DNA of 64,000 nt from Thermoplasmata archaeon. Lineage in GTDB: Archaea > Thermoplasmatota > Thermoplasmata > Lutacidiplasmatales > UBA184. Each line of letters begins with the position of its first letter. Position 1 is the stretch's first letter. The translations under genes were made by a program, and so were the position numbers. This document shows positions 58,282 to 64,000 of this stretch, piece after piece. The notes under the pieces were generated by a model. That model ran no database searches and was not told where the DNA came from. It saw only the letters and a program-made list of their open reading frames with translations. The stretch spans positions 70,875 through 134,874 of the forward strand of contig JBEKJG010000001.1 in the NCBI GenBank assembly GCA_050011355.1, in the 5' to 3' direction.

Positions 58282-58813
58282 ACTCTCGCTCCCGCTCCTG
58301 GCGAAGTCTTGAGCTTTCCTCGCGGAGAGAGGAGAGCTGCCGTTGGAGGTCCGCGGCGCTCGGTTCCGAGCTTCCGGCGACCCGAATCGCGTGCTCGATC
58401 CGTCGCTCCTCCCGAGCGAGCCGGTCCAGTTCCCGGGTCAGCTCCCAGGCCCCTTCTCCCCCGGGATCAACCGGGGGGCGGTACGCCGGCGGCGGAACCC
58501 GACCATACGCTCCCACCCGCCACCCGGCGATGAACGCGGCGACCGTCACGACCAGAAGGACCACCTCGAGCTCCGGGTTGGTCCAGGGGGCCTGGAAGCC
58601 TCCCGGGACGAACGCCAGCAGAACATACCCGATGACGACCGTCCATACGATACTGAGGACGAACGAGAGGGTAACGACCTCCACTCCCCGCCGCCAGGGG
58701 TCCGCCCCGCGGATCCTCCATTCCGGAAAGACAGCACGGGTCGTGGTGTACCCCGGGAGGAAGAACAGCAGCAGCAGGCCGGCGGTCGATTCGAAGAGCG
58801 CCGTCGTCGTCAT
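58271..58813 (-). CDS. hypothetical membrane protein with a C-terminal coiled-coil segment
   Basis: Three or four TM spans are followed by ELDRLAREERRIEHAI...LQRQLSSLREESSRLRQERE. Confidence 0.5.
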   Translation of the reverse strand: MTTTALFESTAGLLLLFFLPGYTTTRAVFPEWRIRGADPWRRGVEVVTLSFVLSIVWTVVIGYVLLAFVPGGFQAPWTNPELEVVLLVVTVAAFIAGWRVGAYGRVPPPAYRPPVDPGGEGAWELTRELDRLAREERRIEHAIRVAGSSEPSAADLQRQLSSLREESSRLRQEREREYAQ

Positions 58814-58829
58814 GCCACCGGTCGGCCGC

Positions 58830-60170
58830 TCAATCGGCGGGCGCCTCGGCGTTGCCGAACTGCTTTTCGAGCTGGCGGCGGAGCCGCCGGTTCGAGACGA
58901 GGCCGTGGGCCGCCTTGCGGGTCGATTCGTAGTGCTTCAGCAGGCCCCGGACTTCCTGGGGGCGCTGGCCACTGCCCCGCGCGATGCGGTGGATCCGGTC
59001 GGACTTGATGACTTGGGGATTGTCGAGCTCCTCCGCCGTCATGGAGTCCATGATCGACCGGAACCGTCGGAGCCGCAGCTGGGTGTCGTCGAGGGTCTTC
59101 TGGTCGACCTTCGCCCCGCCCATCCCCGGGAACATCGACATGAGCTTCGACATGGGGCCCATCTCGCCGAGGGAGGCGAGCTGGGAGCGCATGTCGCGGA
59201 GCGTGAACCGCCCCGACATCAGGTTCTGCGCCGCCTTCTCGGCGGCCTCCTTGTCCGAGAGCTCCTCGAACCGTTCGAGGAGGGTCTGGATGTCGCCCAT
59301 CCCGAGCAGCCGGGAGACGAACCGGGTCGGGTCGAACCGCTCGAACTCGTCCAGGTGCTCGCCGGTCCCGATGAAGAGGATCGGCGCCCCGCTCGCCGCG
59401 ACCGCCGAGAGTGCCCCTCCGCCCTTCGCCGAGCCGTCCAGCTTCGTGAGGATGACCCCGGTCAACCCGACCGCCTCGTGGAACGCCTGGGCGCTCCGGC
59501 CGGCGGTCTGGCCCATCGCGGCGTCGAGGACGAGGAGCGTCTCGTCGGGCTGCAGCACCGCCCGCACCCGCTTCAGCTCCTCGATGAGCTCGGGGTCGAT
59601 CCCGCTGCGCCCGGCGGTGTCGACGATGACCGCGAGGTGGGGAGGGAACTTGGCGAGCGCCTCCCGGACGATGACCTCCGCTCGCCTCTCGCCGCGGTTC
59701 GCGTAGAACTCGCAGCCGACCTTGACCGAGAGTTGCTCGAGCTGGTCGACCGCCGCCGGGCGGTGGACGTCGGCCGCGACCAGACCGACGCGGATCCCCT
59801 TCTTCTGAAAATAGCGGGCGAGCTTGCCGGCGGACGTCGTCTTGCCCTGGCCGAACAATCCCGCCAGAAGGATCCGCCGGGGCTTGACCTCAAATGGCCG
59901 ATCTTTCCCGAGGATCCCCCGGATCTCCTCGTAGATGATCCGCACCAGGAAGTCCCGCAGGCTCGCGCCGGCCGGGGGTTTCTCCTGGGTGGCCCGTTGG
60001 CGTACGCGCTTGGTGAGGTCGAGGCTCAGCTGGACGTTGACATCCGCCTGGAGCAGCGCCCGCTGGATGTCGCGGACGACCTCGGCCAGCAAAGCCTCGT
60101 CCACGACCGAGCCCCGGGCGATCTTCTGAAGCACCCCGCGGAGCGATTTTCCGAGGGAATCGAGCACCAT
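58830..60170 (-). CDS. srp54: signal recognition particle protein SRP54
   Basis: Contains the N domain, the G domain (GLFGQGKTTSAGKLA, DTAGR, TKLDGSAKGG) and a Met-rich M domain (MGPMSKLMSMFPGMG). Confidence 0.95.
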   Translation of the reverse strand: MVLDSLGKSLRGVLQKIARGSVVDEALLAEVVRDIQRALLQADVNVQLSLDLTKRVRQRATQEKPPAGASLRDFLVRIIYEEIRGILGKDRPFEVKPRRILLAGLFGQGKTTSAGKLARYFQKKGIRVGLVAADVHRPAAVDQLEQLSVKVGCEFYANRGERRAEVIVREALAKFPPHLAVIVDTAGRSGIDPELIEELKRVRAVLQPDETLLVLDAAMGQTAGRSAQAFHEAVGLTGVILTKLDGSAKGGGALSAVAASGAPILFIGTGEHLDEFERFDPTRFVSRLLGMGDIQTLLERFEELSDKEAAEKAAQNLMSGRFTLRDMRSQLASLGEMGPMSKLMSMFPGMGGAKVDQKTLDDTQLRLRRFRSIMDSMTAEELDNPQVIKSDRIHRIARGSGQRPQEVRGLLKHYESTRKAAHGLVSNRRLRRQLEKQFGNAEAPAD

Positions 60171-60297
60171 GGTTGCACCGTCGGCCGGGGGCCTACCCTT
60201 CCCAAAGAAAGCCGCCGGTATATGTCAAGGACCGTCACGGCGAACGGCCGGCGCGCAAGCCTCTTATCGGACGAACGGGCTCTTAGGATGGGTTTCC

Positions 60298-61758
60298 ATG
60301 ACTGCCGACGCGCCGCCGGCACCGAAGCCCCCCCCGCCGAAGTTGAACCCGGTCCGGGTGACCATCGTCGAGGAGCCGGTCGCGGAACGCACGACCGACT
60401 TCCGGGAGGTGCTCCATGCCTACAGCAAGGAGGACGCGATCCTGGAGGCCAAGCGGTGCATCCAGTGCCGCCGGCCCTGGTGCGTGGAAGCGTGCCCGAT
60501 CACGCAGGACGCCCGGGAATACATCCGCCTCGTCGCGAACGCGGACTTTGACGGCGCCGCGAAGGTCACCCTCAACGAGAACCCGCTCGCCACCAGCCTA
60601 TGCAAGGTCTGCTACCATTACTGCGAAGACGCCTGCGTCGTGAAGAAGAAGGGCGTCCCGATCGCGATCCGGCACTTGAAGCGGGCTTCCCTCGAGTACG
60701 GCCACAGCGACCTCGCCTACGTTCCCTCGAAGCCCAAGAACCAGCGTGTCGCTGTCGTCGGAGCCGGACCGGCGGGGATGATGGCCGCCTGGGAGCTCGG
60801 GGTGCGGGGCTACAGCGTCACCGTCTTCGAGGAGGAGAGCCGGTACGGCGGCCTCATGCAGACCATCCCGGCGTACCGGATGACCGACGCGGATGTGGAA
60901 GCGGACCGGGCGCGGTACCGGGACCTGGACGTCACGTTCGTGAAGGGAACGAAAGTCGGCCACGACTTCCCGGTCGACCAGCTGATGACGCGGGACGGCT
61001 ACCAGGCGGTGTTCCTCTCGATCGGCACGTCGACCCACCGGACCCTCGGGGTCCCCGGCGAGGACCTCCCGGGTGTAGTGCCGGCGTTGCAGTTCCTGAG
61101 GAAGCTCAACCGGGGGATCGACGTCCCGATGGGCCATGAGATCGTGGTGGTCGGTGGCGGAGATGTCGCGATGGACTCGGTGCGCTCGGCACTGCGAACG
61201 TCCCACGGGGGGCACGTGACGCTCGCTTATCGTCGCGGGCGCGAGGAGATGCCGGCGGACCCGGAGGAGGTTCACGGGGCCGAGCAGGAGGGGATCCGAT
61301 TCCTGTTCCAGCGGGCTCCGCTCCGGATCGTAGGGACCGACCACGTGGAGGGAATCGTCGTGCAGTCGATGGAGCTCGGGCCGCCGGACGCCGGCGGGCG
61401 CCGGAGTCCGGTGCCGATTCCCGGGTCGGAAGAGACCCTCGCCTGCGACACGGTGATCGTCGCGGTCGGACAGAAGGCGGACCTGGAAGGGTTCGGACCT
61501 GAGCTCGACCTTCGGCTCTCCTCCCAAGGGTGGCCGGAGGGTAAGGGCAAGGGGTTTGAGACGGCGGTTCCGGGAATATTCGCGGCGGGCGGCCGGTCCG
61601 TGGTCTACGCCATGGGTACGGCCACCGAGGCGGCGGACGCCATCGATGCCTACCTGTCGGCGAAGCGCGGAGAGTCGACCGGCCCTCGGCCCGACCCGTT
61701 CGGCGGCCCGGGAACCTTCTCGAAGCCGGCCGGATACACTACACCGATCCGTGTGTGA
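60298..61758 (+). CDS. GltD-family NAD(P)H-dependent FAD/FeS oxidoreductase (glutamate synthase small-subunit-like)
   Basis: Contains the FeS motifs CIQCRRPWCVEACP and CKVCYHYCEDAC, the dinucleotide folds VAVVGAGPAGMMAA and VVVGGGDVAMD, and AAGG near the C-terminus. Starts at ATG 60298. Confidence 0.8.
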   Translation: MTADAPPAPKPPPPKLNPVRVTIVEEPVAERTTDFREVLHAYSKEDAILEAKRCIQCRRPWCVEACPITQDAREYIRLVANADFDGAAKVTLNENPLATSLCKVCYHYCEDACVVKKKGVPIAIRHLKRASLEYGHSDLAYVPSKPKNQRVAVVGAGPAGMMAAWELGVRGYSVTVFEEESRYGGLMQTIPAYRMTDADVEADRARYRDLDVTFVKGTKVGHDFPVDQLMTRDGYQAVFLSIGTSTHRTLGVPGEDLPGVVPALQFLRKLNRGIDVPMGHEIVVVGGGDVAMDSVRSALRTSHGGHVTLAYRRGREEMPADPEEVHGAEQEGIRFLFQRAPLRIVGTDHVEGIVVQSMELGPPDAGGRRSPVPIPGSEETLACDTVIVAVGQKADLEGFGPELDLRLSSQGWPEGKGKGFETAVPGIFAAGGRSVVYAMGTATEAADAIDAYLSAKRGESTGPRPDPFGGPGTFSKPAGYTTPIRV

Positions 61759-61777
61759 GTCCGGAGATAGAGGAACC

Positions 61778-61782
61778 TTTTT
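61778..61782 (+). terminator. oligo-T tract (T5) after the gltD-like gene
   Basis: AACCTTTTTCCCC lies 20 nt after TGA 61756-61758. Confidence 0.35.
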
Positions 61783-61809
61783 CCCCAGCGCGACGGCTGG
61801 TCTAACCGC

Positions 61810-64000
61810 ATGACCCGCATCCGCGGGCGAGACCCGGTCCGTGCCCGGGTCGGGGCCCTCTCCCTCTCCATCGCAATGCTGGCCCTGTTCCTCGTCCCCG
61901 CCGCGACCGGCGCCCCACCCCCATCGACCGGTTCCGCTCCTTCCACGCTCGGTCCGGCGTTCAGCGCCCGCGCCGGGTACTCCCCTACGCTCCTCCGGGG
62001 CGTTTCGGACCTCTCTCCAGCGAACGGGACGACCCGCGTGGTGGTCACGTTCGACCCCACGAACCCTACGCTGTTCGACGCCCCGTCGCCCGGCTCGCCC
62101 GCCCTCACGCCCACGGAAATCGGGAACGAGTTTGGGCTTTCACCGGCGGCCTACTCGGCGGCCGAGGAGTACTTTGAGGGTCAGGGGTTGACGATCGAGC
62201 ACTCGGGCGTCGACCGCCTTTCGCTCACCCTCGAGGGGCCCGCGGCCTCGATCGACCGTGCCTTTGCCACATCCCTCGCGGTCGGGTCGCACGACGGTCG
62301 GTCCGTCCAGCTCCCCTTGGTGGCGCCCTCGCTTCCCCAACCGCTCGAATCCGAAGTGTCGGGAGTCACAGGGCTTTCGAGCGGGTTCGACCCGTTCACC
62401 CTTCCACTCCGCACCTCGGTCCTCACCTCCGGCGCCGGCCCGGCCCAGGGTCAGGGGGACCTCATCACACCCGCGATCGCCCGACAGATCTACGCGGCCT
62501 CCAACCTCTACAACTTTTCCGGTTCCGCGCACTACTCCGCGGGGGAAGGTATCGTCCTGCTGCTCTGGGGGGACGGGTACAACCCCAACGACCTGTCGAC
62601 CTTCTTCTCAAGCTACTACCCCAGCGGGCTCTTCCCGGCGCCGACGATCCATCCGTGGCCGATCGACGGGGCGCCGTCACCCGCCGCGACCGCCGTCAAC
62701 GACCCGAGCGGGGCCCCCGAAGAGCTGACGCTTGACCTCGAGTGGTCCGGATCGCTCGCCCCCGGCGCGACCCTTAATGCGGTCTACGCCCCGGACGGCT
62801 CGAGCAGTGACAACTACTCCCCCTCGGACACGTCCATGGCGGATGCGCTCCACTTCGCCGTCACCGGCCTCACGGGGGTCGATGCGATCTCGATGTCGTT
62901 CGGGACCTCGGAAAGCACCGCCTCCGGGCTCGAGGCCGCGTGGTCCACCGACCTGGCCGAGGCCGCGCAGGAAAAGATCACGTTACTCGCCGCGACGGGG
63001 GACACCGGTGGGGACACGAGCGCTAGCCCGACGTGCTCCGGAGTTCCCCAGCCGACGTATCCTGCCACGAACCCCGGCGTGATCGCGGTCGGTGGCACGG
63101 ACCCTACACTTTCTCGGAACGTGGTTGGCCAGGTTACGGGCATCGCCTCCGAATCGGCCTGGTCCGGGAGTGGGGGTGGGTTTTCCACCCAGTATGCCGC
63201 CCCCGCCTGGCAGGAGGTCGGGAGCGCCCGGGCGCCGATCGAGGCCAGCGGTTTCCGCGGGACCCCGGACCTCTCCGCCTCCGCGGCGGACAACTTCGTG
63301 TACTATGACGGAGTGGAGCAGTCGGGCGCGGGTACCAGCTTTGCCACTCCACTCTGGGCGGGGCTTTTGACCGAGATGGACGCGCTCCACGGCAGCCCTC
63401 TCGGTTTCCTCACCCCCCGCCTCTACTACATCGGGGCGTCCGAGCCGAACGGAACGGTCGCGGACGGGCTGGCCGACATCACCTCGGGCGCGAACTGTCT
63501 CGGGCCAGCCGCCACGGGTTGGGACACCGCGACCGGATGGGGATCCCCTCGGGCGCTCGACCTGTACGCGGACCTCACCTCCACGTTCGTCAACCTCACG
63601 ATCGAGGCGAACCCCACGCCGGTAGGGCCCGGAGGCACGCTGACCGTGTCGGCCCGCCTCTCGAACGCCACGACCGGGGCGCCGATCTCGGGAGTGCCCG
63701 TTATGGTCACCCTCACGGCCGACACGTCGTTCGGCCCGTGCGACGGTACCTTCGGCATCGGCTCACAATCCACGAACCAATCCGGTGGGGTTGCGGTCGC
63801 CCTCCCCGTCCCCGCATGCTACCTCGGTTCCCGCGCCGTCGCTTCGGTGTCCGTGATGGCGGACGGTCTCTTCGGGTCGAACCAGACCGTGGTGGGCGTG
63901 AACCTGCTCGCCTACCTCGGCTTCCTGGGACCGGTCAGCACGTATCCGGCCAACGTGGGAATCTATGTCGTCATCATGGGGCTGGCGATCACCACGGGGT
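61810..64000 (+). CDS. second secreted sedolisin (S53) peptidase; 3' end lies outside the window
   Basis: This frame is open from ATG 61810 to the window end and is absent from the track. It has a signal peptide (ALSLSIAMLALFLVPAATGA), a pro-domain (LTPTEIGNEFGLSPAAYSAAEEYF...LTLEGPAASIDRAFAT), LDLEWSGSLAPGA and the catalytic Ser motif GAGTSFATPLWAG. Confidence 0.85.
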   Translation, partial: MTRIRGRDPVRARVGALSLSIAMLALFLVPAATGAPPPSTGSAPSTLGPAFSARAGYSPTLLRGVSDLSPANGTTRVVVTFDPTNPTLFDAPSPGSPALTPTEIGNEFGLSPAAYSAAEEYFEGQGLTIEHSGVDRLSLTLEGPAASIDRAFATSLAVGSHDGRSVQLPLVAPSLPQPLESEVSGVTGLSSGFDPFTLPLRTSVLTSGAGPAQGQGDLITPAIARQIYAASNLYNFSGSAHYSAGEGIVLLLWGDGYNPNDLSTFFSSYYPSGLFPAPTIHPWPIDGAPSPAATAVNDPSGAPEELTLDLEWSGSLAPGATLNAVYAPDGSSSDNYSPSDTSMADALHFAVTGLTGVDAISMSFGTSESTASGLEAAWSTDLAEAAQEKITLLAATGDTGGDTSASPTCSGVPQPTYPATNPGVIAVGGTDPTLSRNVVGQVTGIASESAWSGSGGGFSTQYAAPAWQEVGSARAPIEASGFRGTPDLSASAADNFVYYDGVEQSGAGTSFATPLWAGLLTEMDALHGSPLGFLTPRLYYIGASEPNGTVADGLADITSGANCLGPAATGWDTATGWGSPRALDLYADLTSTFVNLTIEANPTPVGPGGTLTVSARLSNATTGAPISGVPVMVTLTADTSFGPCDGTFGIGSQSTNQSGGVAVALPVPACYLGSRAVASVSVMADGLFGSNQTVVGVNLLAYLGFLGPVSTYPANVGIYVVIMGLAITTG

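Overview
High-GC (roughly two-thirds G+C by eye) archaeal chromosomal segment. It is densely packed, mostly housekeeping, and contains about 58 protein genes, one 16S rRNA gene and two intron-containing tRNA genes.

The lineage looks euryarchaeal and Thermoplasmata-like. This is an inference from three things: an unsplit rpoB, the rpoH-rpoB-rpoA1-rpoA2-rpl30e-nusA operon, and a 16S gene not linked to a 23S gene.

Gene content, left to right:
- nth, folC, mcmA, a methyltransferase, dph6, purL and purS, as a minus-strand run joined by 4-nt overlaps
- a stand-alone RAM-domain gene and a UPF0147 gene
- tRNA-Lys
- the RNA polymerase operon
- a MoaD/SAMP-like gene paired with a BNR-propeller gene
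- a HAD hydrolase
- the orphan 16S rRNA gene
- the riboflavin operon (ribB-ribL-ribC-ribH)
- birA plus a 12S/5S/1.3S biotin-dependent carboxyltransferase set
- rtcB
- a large surface sedolisin (S53) with PKD repeats
- an S2P protease, priL and a lipid synthase
- Fap7-like kinase, glyA, csl4 and a METTL5-like methyltransferase
- tRNA-Leu
- DNA ligase and rpe
- an Opp/Dpp-type peptide ABC importer with a giant membrane-anchored binding protein
- pth2, srp54 and a gltD-like oxidoreductase
- a second sedolisin that runs off the window end

I found no CRISPR array, transposase, integrase or recognisable defence island.

The most unusual observations are:
1. A tRNA-Lys(UUU) gene split by two non-canonical bulge-helix-bulge (BHB) introns, one in the D-loop and one in the T-loop.
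2. A repeat module shared between the ABC binding-protein tail and an extracytoplasmic loop of the OppC permease.
3. A lower-GC3 block covering the binding-protein and permease part of that locus, including an unexplained 740-bp spacer.
4. A transcarboxylase-like biotin enzyme set with no biotin carboxylase or membrane subunit nearby.
5. A ribL/ribC junction with no canonical start codon.

All functional calls come from motif and family recognition by eye. No database search was run. The many very long Arg/Pro/Gly-rich ORFs in the six-frame track are codon-aligned shadow ORFs typical of high-GC3 genomes, and I rejected them.
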